A DNA stretch of 64,000 nt from the human T2T-CHM13v2.0 reference genome, Homo sapiens: the NCBI RefSeq assembly GCF_009914755.1, contig NC_060943.1; one strand, written 5' to 3'. The position numbers were made by a program, and so were the translations under genes. The notes below the pieces were generated by a model that saw only the letters and a program-made list of their open reading frames with translations, made no database searches and was not told where the DNA came from. This document shows, in pieces, positions 1 through 17,795 of this stretch (positions are counted from its first letter, which is position 1; each line of letters opens with the position of its first letter).

Positions 1-469
1 CGGGCCTTCCTGGGCTGGCCCGGCCTAAATCTGCTGCCGCCCACCGAACACCAAGGCACCTTCTCGTGCCCCAGAGGCCACCAGCACCCGTCCCCCTGCC
101 TCCCTCCAGCCAGCGTCAGGTGGGGACCTGGCCGCTGGAAGGGAGGTGTCACCTGCTCTGGGGCATCCAGGAGGGAGGGGCTGCGGGAGTTTTGCTGGAG
201 ACCCTCCAGGTGGGAGTTATGGGGTATCATGGCGGAGCGTGTTGGGAAGTTTTCGGTGAGCTGGGCGTTTATTCGCCTTGGTGCCCCCCTAGATCCCTGG
301 GTGATCCCCGTGCCCAGTTTTCAGGGGAGACCATGGGGGTCAGAGAGCTGGCCAGGCGGGTGGTCTGTGTCTGTCCCCTGCTGTTGAAATGAGGGGAGGT
401 GAGAGGAGACGCCGTGTGCCTGGGGAGGCAACACTTTCTACCGTTTGCTGGTTTATAAAAATCAAAGAT

Positions 470-1328
<859 letters not shown>

Positions 1329-1588
1329 ATTCTCTGCTGTTTTCTGACTCAACATCATGAAACAGGACCTTAAGCTGAGAAGTGGTGAGATTGGGGCCAT
1401 CCTCATTTCCACATAAGGCCGTGTTCCTGTTTACTGGGGACTAGGACTTGGCATGTCTTTTTCGGGGATAGCCCAACCCTTCTGTGTGAAAGGGGTCGTG
1501 ATGGTCACTGCAGGACAGCAAGCACACCTTGGCCCCTCAGTGGGCAGTGGGTGCAGGGCTGGACGAGGGCCCAGGGGGCAGAAGCTAG

Positions 1589-1937
<349 letters not shown>

Positions 1938-2326
1938 GTACGTATCTTTTTAGTAACGATATATTTGACGATGATTAAAAAAACCCGATCCTTGAAGGCC
2001 CTTGATAGATGCTGAGGTGAGTACAGGCCTGACTCTGAGGGTCATGCGCCTAGCAGGCGTCGCCCGGTGCACAGGGCCAGGAGCTGAGTCGTGCGGGACT
2101 GGATGGAGGCCAGGGGATATAGAAGACCTGGGCAGCTCCCCAGGACCAAGCCCTCTCGCCTAGGGCTCCCCGGGGAGTTAGGCCGAACCCCGCTGTGCCC
2201 TTCACTCTGCAGCCCTCGTGGGGATCATCACAGAGGCAGGAGCTGGCAACCGAGGTGACTGCCTTCGAGTGGAGGGAAACCGGGGCGGGATGTCGCCCGG
2301 CGGCTCCCACACGATGAGGGGAAAAG

Positions 2327-2377
2327 GCACTCCAGTCTGGGTGGCAGAGCGAGACTCCGTCTGAAAAAAAAAACAAA
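2327..2377 (+). mobile_element. Heavily 5'-truncated Alu (last ~35 nt plus poly(A))
   Basis: gcactccagtctgggtggcagagcgagactccgtct followed by an A tract. Confidence 0.75.
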
Positions 2378-2999
2378 GGAAATGTAGAAACGCAGCCCAC
2401 CCAGGTTTTCCACGGCCGTTCATGGTTACGCTTCTGGAAGGACCCGTGTCCTCTCAGATGTAGCAGGATTCCGATGGGAGCCACCCCGGGTCCCACTCGC
2501 CCCCGGGACCTGCCGTGGGAGCTTTCTTTCCTGGTGGGGTGCCTGACTCTGCCTGCACGTTCCCCCCGCTGTCTGTGGCACCACTTGGGACCGGGGACCC
2601 CTGCCCCCCTGGCAAGACCAGGTCAGCTCTGCCCCCGGGCCACGGAGCAGGAAGCAGAGCTGAGGCTGCTGAGGTGGCGCAGGGTTGCTGTGGGGGCCTG
2701 TGCGCCATGGGGGCCTGGGTGGGGGTGTTCTCACTTCCCCCGGAGTCTGGAAGGCCGTCTTTGTGATGGATTTGATGCAGATGTGTCCACTTTGCTTTTG
2801 TTGATGGCGTCTGAGGCTCTGGAGTCCATGGCAGCCTTGCCTCCGTTTGCATAATCTGAATTTTGGGAAAATTGCCCCTATGTGGACTAGTTGCAGGGAC
2901 AGTGCCCTCCGCCAAGGCTGCCGGTGGTGTTTGCCTTATGTGTCCGGTGCTGGGTGAGTGCCAGCTTTTCCCTGGTCAGCTCTGCCTGTGGCCCTCACC

Positions 3000-5100
3000 T
3001 GTGGTCTGTGCCATCACCAGGGCGAGGCTGACCTGTGGGACGGGGTCCCTGCACAGCCTCGCCGTCCCCCACATCCCCCCAACAGGGTCTGGTCCCAGCT
3101 GCCATTGTGCAGCCTTGCCCCCTCCCCCCGCATCAGGGTCCGGTCCTGGCCGCTGTACCGCGATCACCTGTGGCCCTCCTGTGTTCTTTACCTGGACTCT
3201 TGCCTTTGCTGATGGCGACCTGTGACGGCTCAGCTGCGTTCTCAGAGGCCGGCTGTCCTCGTGGGCGTCTCCGGTGCAGTCGGCGCGGTGAGGTTGGCTT
3301 CTGCCATGGACGGGGCCTTCTCGTGGTGATGACAGTCGCCCTTGGTCTGGTGTCTGCAGTGCTCCGAGGACCGGCCCTGCCCATCCCTGGCGTTCACTCC
3401 TCAGCTTCCTCCCATGGGGTGGGCGGCTTCCCTCCTCTCCCTGATTTGTGGGGTGTTTCTCTTTTGCACCTGATGCAGCTAAACCCATTACCGGCCTAGG
3501 TCAGCCTGAGGTTGGTTTGTCCTGGCCGCGGCAGCTCCTGCGCCCCTCCATTGTGGAGGGCGCCCTTCCGTCTGCCCTGCGTCACTGGGCTGGGCCTGGC
3601 CCCGCTCTGCTGTGGCCCTGGCACTGGAAGTATGTGCTGCCCTGGTGTTCGGGGGCTCTTGGGTCCTGGGGCGCTGCAACCCCTCATTTTCTTTCCTTGG
3701 GGTGCAGATGAATTGGGGTGGCAGGGAACCGAGCCCACAGTGGCCAGCCCCTGCGGCCCCAGGTCAGAGGGCAGGGCCGGCCTGGACAGAGCTGCCCAGA
3801 ACGGTCTGCGGCCGGGTCCACATGAGTCTAGGTGCCTCTGAGGGCACTGGGACGGCGGTGGCCTGCACCTGCCCAGCCCAGTGAGGTCCCTGGCCTCCCT
3901 TCAGCTTTGCCCTGGGCTCTGGGCTGAGGGCTGTGTGGTGATGTCAGCCCAGGGACTGTGACATCACTCAGTGGAGACAGTCAGAGAAGGGGGCTCCCGG
4001 GGCCCTCCCCAGGGAACTGGCCCTGGGCCCAGACCAGATGGAGGACCCCGAAAAGAACAGGGCAGGTAGCAGCCTGAGGCTAGGGCTGGGGAAGGGGATG
4101 GGAGCTGACGGGGAGAGAGCAGCCCCTTGTGGGATGGCTGCAATCCCCTCGTTGGCGCCCGGGAGCCATCCTTGGCGTGTGACCCGGAGCCGGCACTCGC
4201 CCCCTGGGACGGAATCGTGGCTGCGTGGGTTGGGTGGAGGCTGGGTGAGGATCAGCGTCCCTTCGTCCCTCCCTGGGGTTGTTGCTTTTCGCTGTGGCCC
4301 TCAGGCAACAGGGCAGGCCCCCAACCCCCAGGCCTGCGTGGGCACTGTGGGTGCCCAGCCTTTACGTCCTCGCTTCCTTCCAGGCCCCGGCCTTGTCTGG
4401 CTTCCCTTGGGCACCCCCTGGGGTTCGGAGAGCCCCAGAAGAGGCCGGGCTCTTCCTCCTTGGTGATGGACGGGTGCTGGGCCCTGACCGAGTGGTGACC
4501 GCCTCCAGGGAGTGATCTGCGCCCTCGGAAGCTGCTGAGTCTTGGAGTGGCGGCTCTTGTTTGTGGGGGCAGGGGGAGCTGGGCACCCGCCCTGTGCCCA
4601 CGGAACACAGCCCAGGGTGGCGGCCCTGCCTGTCCTCTGACTGCCCTCCTGCTGCTGCTGCTGCTGCTGCGAGGGCCTCAGGCGCAGGCGGTGACTCTCG
4701 GGGCCACTCCTGAGGTGGGGGATGTGGGCTAGCGGCCACCGTGGGCGGCAGGTGTGCAAGCAGTGCTCCCGTTTTCCACTGGGCTGCCCTTCACCGGCTG
4801 TGGGTCAGCGCCCCCCACTGAGGCTCAGGCTGAGGCGAGGCTCCGCGGGGTGGGCGTGTGCCAGGGTGAGGCTCTCCGGGGTGGGTGTGTGCCTGGGTGA
4901 GGCTCCGCGAGTCGGGGGCAGCGCCCAGGTCAGGGGCTTCTCCGTCCATGTCAGGCTTAGGGTGGGTGTGGCTGGGCCCTCCCTCTGCTGTCCGCCCACG
5001 ACCCCCTCAGAGGGGCTGTCGTGAGATGCTTGGAGGCGGGATCCAGCCCTGAGTGTGCAGGGAGTGCTCAGTGGATCCCCGTGCCACTGCTGTCACCGGA
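3000..5100 (-). ncRNA. CSNK1G2-AS1: Probable location of the antisense transcript CSNK1G2-AS1 (C19orf34) within intron 1; boundaries not derivable from sequence
   Basis: From recall that this antisense RNA lies about 15-17 kb upstream of exon 2; the region is unique, Alu-free and GC-rich; no direct sequence proof. Confidence 0.3.
4649..4669. repeat. (CTG)7 trinucleotide repeat
   Basis: Read directly. Confidence 0.95.
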
Positions 5101-5719
5101 GGAGGCTGCTGCTCGGCTCCGGGCTCCATCTGCAAAGCCGGGTGTGCATCTGTGTGGCTCAGCTCTGCAGGGCACAGTGGGGTTTGCTCCCGGCCGGCCC
5201 TGAGGCCGGGCACAGGGAGGCCAGTGCTCATCCAGGGGACCAGAGAGAAAGTAGCAACCCCAACCTGCCTGGGCCACAACACCCAAGACCACTGTATCAG
5301 AACAGACGCCAGCGGGGCAGCCTGCTCGTTGGCCGGGCGGAGCAGGGTCGGCACACAGCCCGGGCTGGCCTTCACCCCAGCTCCCAACAGCGTTGGGTCC
5401 CTGAGTGCAGGGCCTGCCCCTTTCTCATCCTCCTGCCTCCAGGTCATGGGGCAGGGGTGCCGAGAGGCCCTGCGGGAGCCAGGACCTGAGAGGTGATGGT
5501 CACCACCCAGACGAGGGGCCGGGGGTCGCACAAGGAGGCTTCCAGGGGGATGCCAGGAGCAGTGGGGCCCTAGACCCAGCAGTGGGTAGACCCAGCAGGG
5601 CAGCGCTCACGTCACAGGTTCTGGGGGTTGGGGCTTGTCATCTGTGCAGGTGCAGCTGGGATGGGGATTTGGTGCTTTTTGTTCTGCAAAAGCCAGAACG
5701 CATGTAGCTGAGCCAAGAT

Positions 5720-5946
<227 letters not shown>

Positions 5947-7112
5947 TTACCCTGCGGCATTGGCCCTTTCAGTGGTTGGTGTTGACCCTCCACAGAGGGG
6001 CTGGGTGGGGTGTGTCCAGTCCCATCTGGGTAGACTGAGTGTTGGGGATGGGAGAGTGTTTAAGGAGGTGGCGGTTACAGACTCCAGCATCGGGACACGG
6101 GGCCGTGGGTCATACCCACATCCGTGGGGGCTGTGAGACAGCCGTCCAGAAGCTTCTGTCTCCGGGCCAGGAGGACACCCCAGAGAGCCCCAGGAGGCTC
6201 GTTCCGGAATTTAGGGCTCAGCCTCGATGAACCTGGCCAGGCGGCGGTTGATGGGTTAATTCAGTTAATCACACATCACTCAGGGTTTCTCAGCAGAAGG
6301 AACTGACCAAGCCAATGGCTCACCTGGAAGAGAGAAGGAGGGAGGAGGAGGGGATTCTGCAGAGGGAAGGCTGGTGGTGGCGCCCCCCTTCGACGGTCGT
6401 GCCCTGATGCTGCGTGGCTTAAACGGTGCTACCCGGAGATTGGTGGGCGGGATTGGGCCTCTGGGGTCCCCGGCTGTGGAGAGGGCAAGGCAGGGGCGGC
6501 TAGAAAGAAAAGCAACCTGGACGCAGGCCCCACCTCCCTCCAGGCAGCCCCACAGGCCCGAGGGCCACCGTGTCAGGAGGGATAGCCTACACGGAGAGCA
6601 GGCCAGTGGCCCTGTGCCCAGGAGGGTGCCTTGCCCAGCCTGGAGGCCCGCAAGGATGAGAAGCAGTGTGTGCCCGGGAGGTCACGTGGGCACCACAGAC
6701 GAAAGTGGAGCCGGGGGAGAGATGTCCCGGGATGCACCAGGCGCTCGTGCAAACCAAGTGCTGAGCAGAGAGCAGCCTGGGAGAGAAGGGGGCTGCCCCG
6801 AGCGGCTTGGGTGGCCGGGCCTGTGGGAGACCTTGGGTTTGCTGTTAGGAGGGACAGTGAGCGCAGGCACCTCTCTCTCCACTTCATGTTTGTCCTCACT
6901 GAGGGAGCCGAGCAGATGCCTTTGCCCCTGCAGGTCCCCCATGTCCCCTCGCCCGGGGCGCGCTCCACAGGCTAGGCCACTTTCACAGCTCACCACACAG
7001 GCAGAGACTGGAGGGTGCGCAGGACCCCGGGTGACTGCAGACGTGGGCACAGAGGGGCCTCTGAGGGCGTCTGGCGGCATTTGAGCAGCTGCCAGATCTC
7101 CCCTGGAAACAC

Positions 7113-7238
7113 TGGGGTGTGTGCTCGGTGGGTGCCGTGTGTGGGGGGTATGTGCTCGGCGGGCGCCGTGTTTGTGGGGTGGGAGCTAGGCGGGCGCCGT
7201 TTATGTGGGGTGGGCGCTCGGCGGGCACTGTGTGTGTG
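7113..7238. repeat. Degenerate ~31-bp GT/G-rich tandem repeat, ~4 copies
   Basis: Recurrent gctcggcgggcgccgt...gtgggg. Confidence 0.65.
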
Positions 7239-7769
7239 GCACGGCCACTGCTTAGGGCCCCCTGGAGCTGCGGGGCACACGGCAGAGCCAGCCTCATGTC
7301 ACCACGTGCTTCCCCCGTGTGCAGGGAGGGGTTGGAGGTGTGCGCTTGTCTTGTCCGGAAGCCGGGTGTTGGGACGCGTCCTGACGACGGCACTGCCCAC
7401 ATCCTAATGGGACACCTGAGGGACATCGGTGGCTGAGTAAGGGGCCCCTCCCGAGCAGGTCTGGAGGCGTTGGAAGCACAGCGCAGCCTCATGGGGCACC
7501 TGCCTGCTCTGCCTGGAATTGAGGGGCGATTGGGACTCCCACTGCCCCCACCAAAGCCTGTGCCCCTGATGTCTGTCCAGAGCACGGCTTCCTTCTCGGT
7601 GGTTCCCAGAGGCCGCTGGGCCTCGCTTCGTCCTTTTTGGGCAGCGAGTGTGTATGTTAGGGGAACAGGAGCCCGGCAGGGCCGTCTTGCAGGGCTCAGC
7701 AGTGGGGGCCGTGGGGTTGGTGCACCAGGGCAGGAGAGCTGCCCGGCTCCTGCTAGGTGTCTAGAGGGC

Positions 7770-8283
7770 CTCAGCTCTCCCAGGCACTGTCCCCTGTCCC
7801 CCCATCTCCCCTGTCCCCCCCATCTCCCCATCCCCCCGTCCAGGGCCGCAGCAGCTCAGCTCTCCCAGGCACTGTCCCCTGTCCCTCCGTCCCCCCGTCC
7901 AGGGCTGCAGCAGCTCAGCTCTCCCAGGTACTGTCCCCCGTCCCCCTGTCCCCCCGTCCCCCCGTCCAGGGCCGCAGCAGCTCAGCTCTCCTAGGCACTG
8001 TCCCCCGTCCCCTCGTCCCCCCATCCAGGGCTGCAGCAGCTCAGCTCTCTCAGGCACTGTCCCCCCTCCCCTCGTCCCCCCATCCAGGGCCGCAGCAGCT
8101 CAGCTCTCCCAGGCACTGTCCCCCGTCCCCCTGTCCCCCCATCCAGGGCCGCAGCAGCCCAGCTCTCCCAGGCACTGTCCTCCGTTACCCCGTCCAGGCA
8201 CTCTCCCCCCGTCCCCCATCCCCCGTCCAGGCACTGTCCCCCCTCCCCCCGTCCCCCCCACCCCCGTCCAGGGCCACAGCAGC
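7770..8283. repeat. C-rich minisatellite, ~59-85 bp unit, ~7 copies plus degenerate tail
   Basis: cagctctcccaggcactgtcccc...ccgtccagggccgcagcagct recurs at about 7772, 7857, 7916, 7983, 8042, 8101, 8160. Confidence 0.9.
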
Positions 8284-8807
8284 CGGTATTGAGTGTGGGT
8301 ATGAGCTTTGGCTCTGGGTCCTGAGCGTCCCTTCCCCAAATTCCCCATGTGGCTTCCCAGTCTGCATCTCCATCTGCTCCCAGGGTGCGAGTTGGTTTTT
8401 GTATTAATAACTGAGGTGTGACACTCGGGCTGTACCCGCTAGCTGTGTAACTCATGCAGCTCAGTGCCTTTAGCTCATCATGAGGCTGTGTCTCTGTCTG
8501 TGCCATCTAATAGAGGATATTTTCATCCTCATGGCGAGAAGGGATGGATTTGTTTTCCTCGTGAAGTCGGTGACGTTTGCTTTTCAGGTTTGGTTGGTGG
8601 CCTCCAGTCTCTTGTCCTCAACGAGGGTTTTGGCAGCTCCCTCTCAGTGGCCTGTGAGTGTCCCCACTCCCTTGTCTGGGAAAGGGCTGGAGCTCTGGGG
8701 CTCACAGAGAGGGTGGGTGTGATGTCTTTTTCCTGACGTGGCATCGGGGTGTCTTACCTGCCCGGACACCTGCCTGCGCAGGGTAGCACAGACCCTACAG
8801 GCTGCGG

Positions 8808-10063
8808 CTGAGCCCCCAGCACCCGCCCCACCTTTAATGCTCGGCCCCCAGCACCCGCCCCACCTTTAGTACCACCCTGAGTCCCCCAGCACCTGTGCCA
8901 CCTTTAGTGCCACCGTGGGTCCCCCAGCACCCGTCCCACCTTTAGTGCCACCCTGAGTCCCCCAGCACCCGTGCCACCTTTAGTGCCACCGTGGGTCCCC
9001 CAGCACCCGCCCCACCTTTAGTGCCACCGTGGGTCCCCCAGCACCCGTCCCACCTTTAGTGCCACCCTGAGTCCTCCAGCACCTGTGCCACCTTTAGTGC
9101 CACCGTGGGTCCCCCAGCACCCGTCCCACCTTTAGTACCACCCTGAGTCCCCCAGCACCTGTGCCACCTTTAGTGCCACCCTGGGTCCCCCAGCACCCGC
9201 CCCACCTTTAGTACCACCCTGAGTCCCCCAGCACCTGTGCCACCTTTAGTGCCACCCTGGGTCCCCCAGCACCCGCCCCACCTTTAGTACCACCCTGAGT
9301 CCCCCAGCACCTGTGCCACCTTTAGTGCCACCCTGGGTCCCCCAGCACCCGCCCCACCTTTAGTACCACCCTGAGTCCCCCAGCACCTGTGCCACCTTTA
9401 GTGCCACCCTGGGTCCCCCAGCACCCGCCCCACCTTTAGTACCACCCTGAGTCCCCCAGCACCTGTGCCACCTTTAGTGCCACCCTGGGTCCCCCAGCAC
9501 CCGCCCCACCTTTAGTACCACCCTGAGTCCCCCAGCACCTGTGCCACCTTTAGTGCCACCCTGGGTCCCCCAGCACCCGCCCCACCTTTAGTACCACCCT
9601 GAGTCCCCCAGCACCTGTGCCACCTTTAGTGCCACCCTGGGTCCCCCAGCACCCGCCCCACCTTTAGTACCACCCTGAGTCCCCCAGCACCTGTGCCACC
9701 TTTAGTGCCACCCTGGGTCCCCCAGCACCCGCCCCACCTTTAGTACCACCCTGAGTCCCCCAGCACCTGTGCCACCTTTAGTGCCACCCTGGGTCCCCCA
9801 GCACCCGCCCCACCTTTAGTACCACCCTGAGTCCCCCAGCACCTGTGCCACCTTTAGTGCCACCCTGGGTCCCCCAGCACCCGCCCCACCTTTAGTACCA
9901 CCCTGAGTCCCCCAGCACCTGTGCCACCTTTAGTGCCACCCTGGGTCCCCCAGCACCCGCCCCACCTTTAGTACCACCCTGAGTCCCCCAGCACCTGTGC
10001 CACCTTTAGTGCCACCGTGGGTCCCCCAGCACCCGCCCCACCTTTAGTGCCACCCTGGGTCCC
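8808..10063. repeat. 38-bp VNTR, ~33 copies, with a 76-bp A/B higher-order structure
   Basis: Units cccccagcacctgtgccacctttagtgccaccctgggt and cccccagcacccgccccacctttagtaccaccctgagt alternate. Confidence 0.97.
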
Positions 10064-10583
10064 CACATCCCTGGCTACACATTGTGGCTCCCACAACCCC
10101 GTTTGGGTTCACGGTCCTCCTGCAGGACTCTCGGAACTGGGGAGTGAGAGTTTGTTCCCTGCTGTTGTAAAGGGCATAACCTGGGGGAAGCCAGGCAGGC
10201 AGAAACCCCCACCCACGTCCAGGGCCCCATGTAGGGTCCGGGCTTCCCTGCCCTCCCTGGTGCCAGTCCTGACCCTACCACAGCCGAATGTCTGCGTCAG
10301 CACAGGGGCGTGTAGGAAGAAAAGGCGTCCTGCTTAGGAGATAGGTACATCCGGGACCTGGGGCCTTCTCGCCCTCAGTCCACAGGGAAGGTCCCCCGGA
10401 TGGCGCCTGCCCCTTCCCCCTCCCTACCCGGCTTCTGCACGCAGTCCCCTGAGATGGCCCACACGTCCTGCCGCTTTCTGGCAGGGGAGAGCTGAGGCCT
10501 GTGTCTTCAGGATGCTGCCTCTCGGGCAGCCTCCAGCCCTCGTCGAGAAAGGCAGGCAGTGTGGCGCGAGCAGGCTGGCCTCA

Positions 10584-11133
<550 letters not shown>

Positions 11134-12194
11134 TCATCCAGGTGTGGGCCGGTGTGCGGCGGGGCGTGGGCAGAGGAGAGGCTTCGGGCTCCGGTTTCCT
11201 CTCCTGTGGATGCGTCGCCCCCGCATGGTGGTCCTCTGCGGAAGTCCCCCTGTCCGTCCCGTTGGCAGCCGCAGTGGAAAGACGGATGGACGGGCTGTGA
11301 CAGGGACAGCCCAGTGTGACCCCAGCCCTGGCCGTCGCGGTTGTGGCATTCTCGCTGTCAGGGGGCTGTTCCCGTGGCTCTCATGGCTGTGGAGGGGCGT
11401 GGAGGGGGCGGTCCCCATGGCCAGAACCTGGCCGTGGCGGGTGGAGGACTTGAGGCCGGCTCAGTGGTCAGCGCTGCTGCTTGTTCCCCTACACAGAGGC
11501 GTTGGGTGGAGCTGCCTCAGGTATCCCTCCTGGCTGGGGTGTGTGCGTCACCCTGAGTCTCCAGCCCATGCTGAGGAGCCTCGCAGGCAGGGCCCAGCAG
11601 CCTATACTCCAGGCCATTGCTGTCCGTTTCTCCAGAAGGCCCTGCTGGTGGGTGGTCCCAGGAGCTGGGCCTCAGTGGGGGATCCCAGGACAGTGGAGCC
11701 TGGGAGGGGCCCCAGTGTTGAGGCGTGAGGTACTGTCTGGAACTAGGGGGTGCCCCCAAAGCGGCACGGCGCCCAGTCCCTGTGCTGGAAGAGAGATGAG
11801 CTGCGGTGGGGGGTGGGGGACTACGTCTCACAGATCCCTCTCCCAGGGCACATGAGGAGATTCCTCCCCCAAAACGCCCAGGAAGGAAGTTAAATTTTAA
11901 TATGGGTCTGGTTTAGAGAAACTAGGTTAGCCATGCGTGGGTGTTTCTGGATGTTTGGGCAGTAAGGAGAGTCGGTAGCTCAAGAAATCCGCTGGCCGCT
12001 AAGCAGGGGTGAGGGGCACCGACTGCCATCCCTTCTTCAACCACGGCCACTCGGCCACATCAGTGTCTCCTGCCACCTCCCTCGTGTCCAGCATCAACAC
12101 AGCACTGCATCCCTGACCCAGTGCAGTGGAGAAAACTCGCATCCAAAAATAAACCAGGAGTCAGCCAAAAACACGCAAATTAAAATTACACCCT

Positions 12195-12822
12195 GGCCAG
12201 GCGCGGTGGCTCACGCCTGTAATCCCAACACTTTGGGAGGCCGAGGCAGGCGGATCACCTGGGGTCAGGAGTTCAAGACCATCCTGGCCAAGATGGTGAA
12301 ACCCCGTGTCTGCTAAAAATAACAAAAATTAGCCAGATGTGGTGGCAGGTGCCTTGTAGTCCCAGCTACTCGGGAGGCTGAGGCAGAGAACTGCACGAAC
12401 CTGGGAGGCAGAGGTTACAGTGAGTCGAGTTCGTGCCACTGCACTCCAGCCTGGGCGAAAGAGTGAGACTCTGTCAACAACAACAACAAAAAAAGCACAC
12501 CCCCAGCATGGCTGTGCCCAGAAGCACAGAAGTGGGGTCACCACAGCTCACGCCTATAATCCCAGCACTTTGGGAGGCCGAGGAGGGAGGATTGTTTGAG
12601 CCCAGGAGTTTGAGACCAGCCTAGGCAACATAGCAAGATCCCATCTCTACAAAAAAAAAAAATTAGCCAGACATGGGGGTCCATGCCTGTGGTCCCAGCT
12701 ACTCGGGAGGCTGAGGCAAGAGGATTGCTTGAGCCCGGGAGACAAGTTACAGTGAGCTGAGATGGTACCATTGTGCTCCAGCCTGGGCGACAGAGCCAGA
12801 CCCTGTCTCAAAACAAACACAA
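12195..12822 (+). mobile_element. Two tandem Alus (AluS, then AluJ-like)
   Basis: Alu consensus matches at about 12195-12493 and 12540-12822. Confidence 0.88.
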
Positions 12823-12824
12823 AA

Positions 12825-13320
12825 GCTCACAGAAGCGCTGGGGTGGGTGTGTAGAAGTCAGACCCCCGGGAGCGGCAGGTGGAGGACGACTCGGTGCAGC
12901 AGCCACTGTGGAGACGACCTGGTGGCTCCTCAAAGATGCACAGATCTCCCATCCGACCCAGCACGACCACTCCCAGCTATGTACCCAGGTGGAGTGGAAG
13001 CCCGCAGCCACGCAGAAGCCCGTGCGCAGACGCCGCCGTGGACTCCAGCAGCCGGACGGTGGCTACAACCCAGATGGCCGTCAGCAGAGGAGGAGGCGTA
13101 GTGTGGCCCTCCATGCACTGGAACACAACCCAGCCATGAAAAGGAAGAAGCTCTGACTCAGGCCACGGCGTGGACGCACCTTCAGGACGCCAGGCTCAAT
13201 GAGACACTCCAGGCTCAATGAGACACGCCAGACACAGAGGACATGCCGTGTGTGATCCCATTTCTATGAAATGTCCAGGGCAGGCCCAGCCACAGAGACA
13301 GGGAGTAACGTGGTGGTTTA
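12825..13320 (+). mobile_element. Old L1M (L1MB/ME-like) 3' region fragment
   Basis: Recognisable L1M 3' motifs: gcagccactgtggag, gacccagca, cagccatgaaaaggaa, tttctatgaaatgtccag. Confidence 0.7.
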
Positions 13321-13384
13321 TTATAAATTTTTCATGAAAATAAAATATACAGTACTCTCGTGAGTTTATTATAGCCCATTGATT

Positions 13385-17342
<3,958 letters not shown>

Positions 17343-17795
17343 CACCGGAACGCAGGGGCCACATCCAGGGGGGCAGTGCTTGTGACGCCGGTGCCTTCGT
17401 TTCTGATGTGGCTTACTCAGCTGGGAGTTCCTGTCCTAACATTTTCGGCGATGGCTGTGCACCCACGGCCCCTCTTCACCCGCGGCCCCTACGTCCTGCC
17501 GGTTGGCAGGAAACCTCTTCCCCTGCACATCTGGGGCACAGCAGCAAACTGTGGTCCCCCTTCTTCAGTGAGGGTGGGGCTTCTGTCTGTCTGGAGCCCT
17601 AGAATGGGGCCAGGGGTGGCTGGGGCCTGGGTCAGGGAGGACCCGGCAGGATCTGTGCAGACAGGCAGGTGGCCTGCGGTGGCTCCCGGTGCAGGGTTCT
17701 TGGCCTCCTGGGCGGGTACCTGGCTTGAGGGCGACGAGGTGACAGCCGCGTCCCTGGGGTTGCACCACCCGAGCGTCCAGTTAACACCACAGCTG

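Noticed and set aside
8808-10063. CRISPR-like regular repeat array
   Set aside because: Head-to-tail tandem units with no unique spacers, in a primate genome; it is a minisatellite. The same applies to 17796-18881.
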